43,354 bases of DNA from a virus, in IMG/VR virus record IMGVR_UViG_3300045988_068374. One strand, 5' to 3'. The position numbers and the translations under genes were made by a program. The notes below the pieces were generated by a model that searched no databases, had not been told where the DNA came from, and saw only the letters and a list, made by a program, of their open reading frames with translations. This document shows positions 33,763 to 40,589 of this stretch, piece after piece; the first letter of the stretch is position 1, and every line of letters begins with the position of its first letter.

Positions 33763-34158
33763 ATGAGTATGAGATCACTTGAAAAACTTCGTGATATGCT
33801 GTGCGAGGAGCTTGACGATATCGCGGAACAGGGCGAACTGAATACAGGCGCACTCGATGTCATCGACAAGCTTGTACACAGCGTCAAGAACATCGACAAG
33901 ATCATGATGGCCGATGGCTACAGCCGTACCGGCGAATGGGACGCAGAGGGTTACATGCGCGGCAACAGCTATCGCAGAGGCCGCGACAGTATGGGGCGCT
34001 TTACCTCACGCGATGCCGGGTACAGCCGCAGAGGGTACAGCCGCGCCGACGGTGCGGAACACGCTATCGAGCAGCTTGAGGATATGCTCAAGGATGCGGG
34101 CGGCGAGTCTGAGCACATGGCGATAAAGAAAGCAATCAGTGTGCTGAAAAACGCATAA
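33763..34158 (+). CDS. hypothetical protein with helical ends and a central Arg/Gly/Tyr/Ser-rich region, cassette gene G
   Basis: GAGAGGAG RBS with an internal ATG. YSRTGEWDAEGYMRGNSYRRGRDSMGRFTSRDAGYSRRGYSR. Confidence 0.55.
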   Translation: MSMRSLEKLRDMLCEELDDIAEQGELNTGALDVIDKLVHSVKNIDKIMMADGYSRTGEWDAEGYMRGNSYRRGRDSMGRFTSRDAGYSRRGYSRADGAEHAIEQLEDMLKDAGGESEHMAIKKAISVLKNA

Positions 34159-34159
34159 A

Positions 34160-34182
34160 TTTACGACAAAATTTACGACAAC
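34160..34182 (+). repeat. arm-type repeat, left copy (two TTTACGACAA units)
   Basis: TTTACGACAAAATTTACGACAAC is identical to 34390..34412. Confidence 0.85.
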
Positions 34183-34215
34183 ACTAAAAAGTCTTGATTT
34201 ATCAACGTTTATAAA

Positions 34216-34252
34216 GCTGTGTGGATGGGTTCGAGTCCCACCACCGGCACCA
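34216..34252 (+). tRNA. 3' fragment of a tRNA gene (T arm, acceptor 3' strand, CCA); probable attP core, not a full tRNA
   Basis: TGGG-TTCGAGT-CCCA T arm, then CACCGGC-A-CCA. No matching GCCGGTG 5' acceptor strand exists upstream. Confidence 0.65.
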
Positions 34253-34259
34253 AGAAACA

Positions 34260-34300
34260 GAAAATCCCGTAGTTGTTCAAAATACGGGATTTTCTTTATT
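34260..34300 (+). terminator. rho-independent terminator following the tRNA fragment
   Basis: AAAATCCCGTA-gttgttcaaaa-TACGGGATTTT followed by CTTTATTTAT. Confidence 0.7.
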
Positions 34301-34389
34301 TATCAATGGCTTGCGGAGTTTTTGCATCATACACAAAACAACAAATAAATACATTTAACAGCGCAAAAATACATAATTTAATGCGCAAT

Positions 34390-34412
34390 TTTACGACAAA
34401 ATTTACGACAAC
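34390..34412 (+). repeat. arm-type repeat, right copy
   Basis: TTTACGACAAAATTTACGACAAC. It overlaps the integrase stop region. Confidence 0.85.
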
Positions 34413-35509
34413 GGAAGATAGAAGTTGCGCATAGTCTCCACATCGGCGTTTTTGTCTGTTTCGGAGAGTTTGATATATATTTCATGCACTATCTTCGGGT
34501 CACTCCATCCGCCGATAAGCATCGTCTGCCGCTCACTCCATCGGAGATGATAAGCAAGAGAAGCAAAGCTGCGCCTTAATCCGTGCAGCCCGACATTAGG
34601 CAAGCCGTTTTTGAGACAAACGCGGTGTATTCTGTCGCTGTGTGTGCCCGGATGTTCGGGGAGCAGCGGTTTATCATCGGGGATATCAAGACTGCTTATC
34701 AGCTCCGCAAGCCTTGGTATCATTATCGGCACATTGCGCCGCGATTTTTTTGTTTTGTTTGTGCTCTTGCGTACAAACCCACCGTCTTTGGAGGCTACCA
34801 CGCTGCCTCTTATGTGAATCATACCATCGTGGATATCTCGTGGAGTGAGGGCGATAAGCTCGGACCGGCGCAAGCTGTGAAGTGCTAAAAGCGCAGCAAG
34901 CTCACATTTTTCTCCCCGGGTAGCTTTTACAAACACTTCGATTTGGTTAAAATCAAGCCACGGCATTTCTTTGGGCACAACAGGCGGCAAAGCAACATTG
35001 TCGTGCTTTATACCGCATTTGTCCAGCACAGCGCTCATTAAGCCCCACTCGTTCTTCAATGTTTTTGCCGAGACACGCTTTGCTTCGCCGTTAACTACCT
35101 TCTGCCAGTCCTTTATGCTATATATATCCTCTCCGCAAAGGCTTGGGAATGCGTTGTTTTTTACCGATGTATAAGCCTTTAGCGTCGAGGGAGATATAAT
35201 ATTATCTTTACTGTTTAAATAATTGTCTATTGCTTTTTCCACAGTAAGAGATTGAGGCTTCTTGTCAACAGGCACAAAACCGGCGCGGATAGCCTGAGCT
35301 TTGGCTATGGCGGCTGCTTCCGTATCTTCAATGACCGTCACGCCCTCACGGCGAAGATCAACATACCACTTCTGCCCACGCTTACGCGGCGTGGGTATTT
35401 TTATTTCATCTCTCCTTTTGCGTTCGCGCTGAAGCTTCTCGCCGCAATAGCAGCAGTATACGGGATGAAGCTCATCCGGTATATCCGCTTTGCATTTTTT
35501 GCACTTCAT
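34403..35509 (-). CDS. int: tyrosine integrase with N-terminal zinc ribbon
   Basis: Internal ATG (MKCKKCKADIP...CCYCGEKL) with an AAGGAGA RBS. Catalytic-type motifs LHSLRRSEL, HGLRRSFASL and GGWSDPKIVHEIYIKL. Confidence 0.9.
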   Translation of the reverse strand: MKCKKCKADIPDELHPVYCCYCGEKLQRERKRRDEIKIPTPRKRGQKWYVDLRREGVTVIEDTEAAAIAKAQAIRAGFVPVDKKPQSLTVEKAIDNYLNSKDNIISPSTLKAYTSVKNNAFPSLCGEDIYSIKDWQKVVNGEAKRVSAKTLKNEWGLMSAVLDKCGIKHDNVALPPVVPKEMPWLDFNQIEVFVKATRGEKCELAALLALHSLRRSELIALTPRDIHDGMIHIRGSVVASKDGGFVRKSTNKTKKSRRNVPIMIPRLAELISSLDIPDDKPLLPEHPGTHSDRIHRVCLKNGLPNVGLHGLRRSFASLAYHLRWSERQTMLIGGWSDPKIVHEIYIKLSETDKNADVETMRNFYLPLS

Positions 35510-35573
35510 TATTCTCCTTAACCCCCTTAGATATTCGCCGAAAATAATTTTATAGCGAATAATGCCCACAGAA

Positions 35574-36152
35574 TTAATCCTGTGGGCGTTTTGCTGCTTT
35601 GGCATCATGAATTACGGTTTTCACCGCAAAGGAGATCAGGGCGACGGCAGCAAGCACCACGATAGCCAGGAACACGGCCAACACCGTTAAGCCGCCGGAG
35701 CGGAACAGACCGATGTTTTTAAGCTGTATATCAAATATTACATATCCGATGGTTGCGCATAGCAGGATAGCACATACACCTACAAGGCAGAAGATCAGCG
35801 GCCTGTAAACGGCGTTCATGCGCTTGTGGTACTCAACGTCCTTTTCCAGACATGCCGCTTTAACCTCCAATGCGTTTATCCGCTTTAGCTGGGTAACGCT
35901 GCCTTCTGTGTTTGTTATACCGAACAGCTCGTCTAAGGATAATCCGAGCGCTTTACAGGTTGCCGCAGAGTAATAAAGCAGCGGCTGCTTCGTAGTGCCG
36001 GAGTTGACGGAGCAAATGCTGTTGTAGGGAACGCCGCTTATCCTTGCCAGTTCTGCCAGCGTAAGACTGCTTGAAGCTCTCGCTTTTCGCAGCGCCTCAG
36101 GGTACTCGTCAAAATAAGATTGCATATCCTCCATTTTTGACACATTAAGCAT
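35574..36152 (-). CDS. membrane-anchored XRE-family HTH regulator (start uncertain: 36152, 36134 or 36125)
   Basis: LTLAELARISGVPYNSICSVNSG is an HTH. A coiled-coil follows, then two hydrophobic helices PLIFCLVGVCAILLCATIGYVIF and LTVLAVFLAIVVLAAVALISFAV. The track N-terminus is a translation of the upstream repeats. Confidence 0.7.
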   Translation of the reverse strand: MLNVSKMEDMQSYFDEYPEALRKARASSSLTLAELARISGVPYNSICSVNSGTTKQPLLYYSAATCKALGLSLDELFGITNTEGSVTQLKRINALEVKAACLEKDVEYHKRMNAVYRPLIFCLVGVCAILLCATIGYVIFDIQLKNIGLFRSGGLTVLAVFLAIVVLAAVALISFAVKTVIHDAKAAKRPQD

Positions 36153-36162
36153 CTCCCCTATT

Positions 36163-36283
36163 AAAATTTCTTGAAATACACGAGAAATTCTTGAATTACA
36201 CGATGAATTCTTGAAATTCACGAAAATTTCGGGTAATTCCCGAAATCGATTTCGGTTATTTCTTTAAGGTTTCGGTTATTTCT
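36163..36283. promoter_or_regulatory. 20-bp-periodic repeat array upstream of the membrane XRE gene
   Basis: TTCTTGAA[AT]T[AT]CACGA at 36167, 36187 and 36207. Palindrome ATTTCGGG-taatt-CCCGAAAT at 36226-36246. TTTCGGTTATTTCT at 36250 and 36270. Confidence 0.7.
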
Positions 36284-36351
36284 GCATGGACATTTATCAA
36301 GACAGATGCTACGCTATAAGTACAGCAAGCAACATTTTACAAACGCTGTGT

Positions 36352-36388
36352 GAAAAAATGTCCTGCCCTGTTGGCGCAGCGGCAGGAC
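36352..36388 (-). terminator. rho-independent terminator (minus strand)
   Basis: On the minus strand: GTCCTGCC...GGCAGGAC stem (inner CTG/CAG extension) followed by ATTTTTTC. Confidence 0.7.
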
Positions 36389-36412
36389 GGATTAAATTAA
36401 AGAGGTGCAGCA

Positions 36413-36568
36413 ATGAGAAACAACACGAAAAAAACTACGCCCGAACCCTTAAGGGCTAAGTGGCTTGCGAGAAACAAAACCATTATAATAATAACCGAGG
36501 CCAGCGACGAGCGCATACAAGAGCTTATGAGGCTGTTTGACGACAGTCACCGGTTGCCGGGGTCATGA
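36413..36568 (+). CDS. possible small protein (51 aa), convergent with the moron gene
   Basis: AAAGAGGTG lies 5 nt before the ATG. Translation MRNNTKKTTPEPLRAKWLARNKTIIIITEASDERIQELMRLFDDSHRLPGS. Below the track cutoff. Confidence 0.35.
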   Translation: MRNNTKKTTPEPLRAKWLARNKTIIIITEASDERIQELMRLFDDSHRLPGS

Positions 36569-37027
36569 AGAAGATTTCGCAATTCTTTCTCGTTCCCAAT
36601 TAAGACGATATTCAAACATCCTTAATGTATCGCTTTTTTCGGATGCATAATTAAGCGCATTAAGTTCCAAGAAATCAGCTAAAATCTCAAGCAAAATTAA
36701 ATGGCTTAATAATTCTGCGGGATAACTACCTGGCTGACCTAATACCAATTCAATGATGTAGGATGCAGTTTCGAAAGTCTTTTTGGATAGTTGTTTAAAC
36801 GAAATACTCTCGTCGCTTTCAAGGTATGATAATATGCCTTGAATAGCCTCTTCGGAGTCAATTGGTTTGTTTAATAACATGGCAATTTCGGCGGATATCC
36901 GTTTTGCGCTTGTTTTTATACAGAAATCATGCCTGATAGCACGCCAATACTCCCATTCTGCAAAAGCATGACCAAAAGCACGATTTTGTCTTCTTAATAA
37001 TGACAAGACAGGTGGCTCTAAAGACAT
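36563..37027 (-). CDS. AT-rich accessory (moron) gene, all-helical hypothetical protein (start 37027 or 37060)
   Basis: Visibly lower GC than its surroundings. GGAG lies 8 nt before the ATG at 37027. It has its own extended -10 promoter and terminator. Confidence 0.6.
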   Translation of the reverse strand: MSLEPPVLSLLRRQNRAFGHAFAEWEYWRAIRHDFCIKTSAKRISAEIAMLLNKPIDSEEAIQGILSYLESDESISFKQLSKKTFETASYIIELVLGQPGSYPAELLSHLILLEILADFLELNALNYASEKSDTLRMFEYRLNWERERIAKSSS

Positions 37028-37158
37028 AAAATTAACTCCGCAAAATAATAAGCCTTGCATTTTATATGCAAATGCGTTATTATCTAATCGAGATACAAAC
37101 CCATGCGAATGTATCCCGATTAGATATAACATGAGAAACACATTGAGTGTCAATACAC

Positions 37159-37167
37159 ATTATAACA
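37159..37167 (-). promoter_or_regulatory. extended -10 promoter element (TGTTATAAT on the minus strand)
   Basis: The reverse complement of 37159-37167 reads TGTTATAAT. Confidence 0.45.
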
Positions 37168-37256
37168 TTATCGTGGCAAAAAGACTATAAATATTTACAT
37201 TTTCGGCAGTTTGTCTGAAACGGGAGAGGGAAACTGCACAGTTTGCACAAAGTAAA

Positions 37257-37493
37257 TCAGCCAAAGCACTTTTCGCAAACGGTAAAGCCTTTGTCTATAG
37301 CTTCACTATAAGTCATGACATCATAGTATTTCATGCCGCTGCAATCATTGTAACGATGTATTTTGCCGCCGCTTTGACTGACATACACAGTTCTATTGTC
37401 GCCGGGCACAGTTTCGGCGCTATCCTTGGCACAAGCGCAAAGCGAAAACACCATACACAAAGCAAGCAACAAACAAATAAAACGTTTTTTCAT
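37257..37493 (-). CDS. small lipoprotein with a C-terminal Cys-containing domain
   Basis: MKKRFICLLLALCMVFSLCAC is a signal peptide with a lipobox-like LCAC. GGKIHRYNDCSGM....TYSEAIDKGFTVCEKC. Confidence 0.75.
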   Translation of the reverse strand: MKKRFICLLLALCMVFSLCACAKDSAETVPGDNRTVYVSQSGGKIHRYNDCSGMKYYDVMTYSEAIDKGFTVCEKCFG

Positions 37494-37541
37494 AAAATCA
37501 ACTCCGAAAAACTGATTATATAATAAGATGGGAGCGAGAAA

Positions 37542-37754
37542 ATGATACTAAGGGGCAAAACAGCGGAAGAATTTGCGAAACTGGACGAAGAAATAGACAA
37601 TTCGCTTGCGAGCTTTGCGGAATGGCAAAAGACAAGACCGCCGCGTGAGAACGTAAGCCGAGAGGAATTTGCCGAGGCGGTAAAAAAGATACCTGACGAA
37701 AAGCTTGAGCTTATAGCCAGGTACATAGATCGCATAGCCGGAGCTACTTTTTAA
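37542..37754 (+). CDS. possible small protein (70 aa)
   Basis: TATAAT at 37519-37524, GGGAG RBS, ATG at 37542. Charged helical sequence. Confidence 0.4.
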   Translation: MILRGKTAEEFAKLDEEIDNSLASFAEWQKTRPPRENVSREEFAEAVKKIPDEKLELIARYIDRIAGATF

Positions 37755-38223
37755 CCTCGTTGTAGTCGAATGCGTCATCAAGACTTGAAAGCTCTTCTTC
37801 CGATATGTAGTTAAGCAGAGCGCGGCGATATCTGTTAGCAAGCAGTTTGCTGTCGCGTAGGGCTTGAATATACATTGATTTGTAATGCGATCCGAGCGCA
37901 ATGTTTATAATAAGCAGTGCGAGAACTACTACTAAACCCCAATTGATATAACCAAGCACATAGCGTGACACGAATATTGGGATATAATACGCTGCCCAGC
38001 TTACAAAACGAGCAGAGTCTCCGGCTTCGGGATATTCTTTAGAGGCGATAATACTCATAAAGGCAGGTATGCCGAAAGCTAAATAAATCGTCTTTACAGC
38101 TTCCCAAATATCGTGCGTAATCAATGCGAAAATCGCAGAAATGACTATGAGCACAATATTTGCAATTGCGAAACTGCGCCAGTGAGGACGCTTATCAAAA
38201 AACGCTTTAATCGTCTTTTTCAT
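37744..38223 (-). CDS. integral membrane protein (about 4 TM), co-transcribed with the repressor
   Basis: Hydrophobic segments FAIANIVLIVISAIFALI, IYLAFGIPAFMSIIA, AAYYIPIFVSRYVLGYI and GLVVVLALLIINIAL. It overlaps the repressor's 3' end. Confidence 0.7.
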   Translation of the reverse strand: MKKTIKAFFDKRPHWRSFAIANIVLIVISAIFALITHDIWEAVKTIYLAFGIPAFMSIIASKEYPEAGDSARFVSWAAYYIPIFVSRYVLGYINWGLVVVLALLIINIALGSHYKSMYIQALRDSKLLANRYRRALLNYISEEELSSLDDAFDYNEVKK

Positions 38224-38566
38224 TTTGCATTACCTGAAACTCAATATAGTTCATAATGTTGCTGACCTGCTGCAAGCTGAGATCAGGGCATGATCTCAGC
38301 ACAGCTTCTCGCAGCTCCCACATAGCATCGTTTTTACCAAGCTCTTCATCCGTCGGGATGGAGGGCTCTTTTTTTATGCCGAAAAGCAGCTCCTCGGGAG
38401 TTGCGCCGAAATACTTAGCTATGCGCTCGACGGTCGCGGGGCGAGGTGTGGAGCCTTGCTTCCATTGAGTAACGGAACCGGATGCAATCCCTAATTCCTT
38501 AGCAACTCCGTTTGCACTTTTTCCCGCGGCCTTGCAAAGCAAGTTGTAGTTAGTGAAAAAGTCCAA
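38207..38566 (-). CDS. CI-like repressor (XRE HTH)
   Basis: TTG start 7 nt after GGAGGTG. GVAKELGIASGSVTQWKQG is an HTH. Divergent from the Cro-like gene. Confidence 0.8.
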   Translation of the reverse strand: MDFFTNYNLLCKAAGKSANGVAKELGIASGSVTQWKQGSTPRPATVERIAKYFGATPEELLFGIKKEPSIPTDEELGKNDAMWELREAVLRSCPDLSLQQVSNIMNYIEFQVMQNEKDD

Positions 38567-38582
38567 AATTGCACCTCCGAAT

Positions 38583-38676
38583 TTGTGAGACTTGACAAAA
38601 TCTCATAAAACATGAGATTTTGCGCAACAAAGTATTGACATCTCATAAAAAACGAGATATACTCACAAACTGTGAG
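38583..38676. promoter_or_regulatory. operator cluster of the genetic switch
   Basis: Half-site TCTCA[TC]A recurs. AAAATCTCAT-aaaac-ATGAGATTTT at 38597-38621. CTCACA-aac-TGTGAG at 38662-38676. Further copies near 38583, 38641 and 38769. Confidence 0.65.
38635..38663 (+). promoter_or_regulatory. sigma-70-type early rightward promoter
   Basis: TTGACA (38635-40), 17-nt spacer, TATACT (38658-63). Operator half-sites overlap the spacer and lie just downstream. Confidence 0.65.
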
Positions 38677-38801
38677 GTCAAACTCATGAAATATGAGACA
38701 ACGAAACAATTTGATTTGATTGGTGGCACATTCATAATAACTTATTGTTTCCGTTTTGTCAACATTAAATCTCACAAAAAGCAAGAAAGGAGGCAGAACA
38801 A

Positions 38802-38987
38802 GTGAATTTTAAGAAGGCAAGACTAGCGGCAGGGCTTACGCTCGACGAAGCTGCAAAAAAGCTCGGCTATGACCATACCGCTATTGTCGGATGGGAAAAA
38901 GGAAAGTGGCTGCCAAGGGCGGCAAAACTGCCGGAAATTGCGAAAGTCTACGGCTGCACCGTGGACGAGCTTCTGAAAGGGGAGTAA
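38802..38987 (+). CDS. Cro-like XRE HTH regulator
   Basis: GTG start 8 nt after AAGGAGG. LTLDEAAKKLGYDHTAIVGWEKGK. Confidence 0.8.
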   Translation: MNFKKARLAAGLTLDEAAKKLGYDHTAIVGWEKGKWLPRAAKLPEIAKVYGCTVDELLKGE

Positions 38988-38992
38988 ACAAA

Positions 38993-39235
38993 ATGCCGAG
39001 AACGCGATTTGGCAAAATCGACAGAGACCCGCTTAAGGAACTTGTGCTCGGGCGGAAAAGCGCGTTGCAGCTGAGCGAGGTCAAGCTTGCCGCCAAGATG
39101 GGCATAAGCGTAGGGCGTTACCGCTCGATGATGGGCGGAACGTCGGACGCGTGGAAGATCGGCGAGGTCAAGGCGCTGTCAAGGGCGCTGGATGTCCCGA
39201 TAGACGAGCTGAGGGCACTTGTGGGCAAGTGCTGA
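38993..39235 (+). CDS. HTH DNA-binding protein
   Basis: Internal ATG with a GGGGAG RBS. LSEVKLAAKMGISVGRYRSMMGG. Confidence 0.6.
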   Translation: MPRTRFGKIDRDPLKELVLGRKSALQLSEVKLAAKMGISVGRYRSMMGGTSDAWKIGEVKALSRALDVPIDELRALVGKC

Positions 39236-39249
39236 AAGGGGAAAGGACA

Positions 39250-39387
39250 ATGATACTGGTTTGGTTTTGCGTGGCCGTCATGGGCGTGGTGCTCACGATA
39301 GGCGGCATTGTATCGGCGCTTGTGTGGTTTGCCGATACTGCGGAAGCCGAGTGCGCCAAACGGCGCGGGAGATATACATTTAAATAA
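39250..39387 (+). CDS. small single-TM protein (45 aa)
   Basis: GAAAGGA RBS. Translation begins MILVWFCVAVMGVVLTIGGIVSALVWF. Confidence 0.45.
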   Translation: MILVWFCVAVMGVVLTIGGIVSALVWFADTAEAECAKRRGRYTFK

Positions 39388-39406
39388 CAAAAAGGAGGAA
39401 CAACAA

Positions 39407-39931
39407 ATGAACAATCTGTACTGGGTCGATAACAAGATCATGAAACTGTACGACCGTTTCACAGATGCCGAGACCGGCGAGCTGTGCGACTGGAAAGACG
39501 AAGACGGCAACGTCATAGCACCCGTCGAAGACTTTTTCACGCAATTAGAAGCGCTGGACATGGAGCGCAAGGACGTTATCGAAAATTTGCTGCTGGGCTA
39601 TAAGAACGACGCGGCAGAAGCCGAAGCAATCAAACTGGAAATCAGCCGCCTGACAGCGCGTAAGAAATACTGTGAAAAACGCGCCGAACGCTTCAAAGCA
39701 GCCGCCGCCGACGCGCTGGACGGTGAACCCTACAATTCCGGCAAGGTGGCCGTGCGTTGGACTACATCACATCCAGCGGCAAGCGACGATGAAAACACAG
39801 CGCCCGACGAATACATGCGCGTCAAGGTTGAAAAAAAGCCTGACAAAAACGCTATCAAGGCCGCTATCAAATCCGGCGTAGATGTCCCGGGCTGGTGGAT
39901 AGCTGAAAGAAAAAGTATGTCGGTAAAGTAG
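39407..39931 (+). CDS. Siphovirus Gp157-like protein
   Basis: AAAGGAGGAA RBS. Central coiled-coil. C-terminus KKPDKNAIKAAIKSGVDVPGWWIAERKS is typical of Gp157. Confidence 0.65.
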   Translation: MNNLYWVDNKIMKLYDRFTDAETGELCDWKDEDGNVIAPVEDFFTQLEALDMERKDVIENLLLGYKNDAAEAEAIKLEISRLTARKKYCEKRAERFKAAAADALDGEPYNSGKVAVRWTTSHPAASDDENTAPDEYMRVKVEKKPDKNAIKAAIKSGVDVPGWWIAERKSMSVK

Positions 39932-39938
39932 GTGCGGT

Positions 39939-40589
39939 ATGGGGAACAATATGATTTTTTACGACTACGGGCGCAGCGTTCCCGAAGTCGCTATGAAGCC
40001 AATAGACGCCGGGCGTTTAAAGGGCATGTCGGACATTAATCCGATGTGGCGCATCAAGACGCTGACCGAGATGTTCGGTCCTTGCGGTGTCGGCTGGTGG
40101 TATGAAATCATCGACAAGCGCCTTGAGCACGATCCTATAAGCAGGCAGACAGCGGCATTCGTGGAGATAAAGCTCTTTTACATAGACCCTGAAAGCGACA
40201 AGGAAAGTCACGGCATCCCCGGCCTCGGCGGCGCGAGCTTTGTGGCGCAGGAGCGCGGCGGCGCATACATGAACGATGAGTGCGAAAAGATGGCACTTAC
40301 GGATGCGATAAGCGTTGCGGCCAAGGCGCTGGGCATCGCGGCTGACGTGTACTTTGAAAAGGACAGAACGAAATACGATACACCGCAGCCGAAAGAGCCG
40401 GAAGCGCCGAAACCGGAAGCACCGAAAAAGGACAATATATCGCTTAAATGTGAAGAATGCGGAATGTTCATCGAGGATTACATTGCGCAGGACGGCACCA
40501 AGACCAGCGCGTTCAAGATAGCAAAGCTTACTAAGAAGGAAACCGGCAAGTGTCTGTGCAAGAGCTGCTATGAGGGACGCAAAAAATGA
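39939..40589 (+). CDS. single-strand annealing protein (Rad52/Sak-like) with C-terminal zinc ribbon
   Basis: INPMWRIKTLTEMFGPCGVGWWYE...ALTDAISVAAKALGIAADVY. CEECG...CKSC. Lies next to the Gp157, NinB and SSB genes. Confidence 0.55.
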   Translation: MGNNMIFYDYGRSVPEVAMKPIDAGRLKGMSDINPMWRIKTLTEMFGPCGVGWWYEIIDKRLEHDPISRQTAAFVEIKLFYIDPESDKESHGIPGLGGASFVAQERGGAYMNDECEKMALTDAISVAAKALGIAADVYFEKDRTKYDTPQPKEPEAPKPEAPKKDNISLKCEECGMFIEDYIAQDGTKTSAFKIAKLTKKETGKCLCKSCYEGRKK

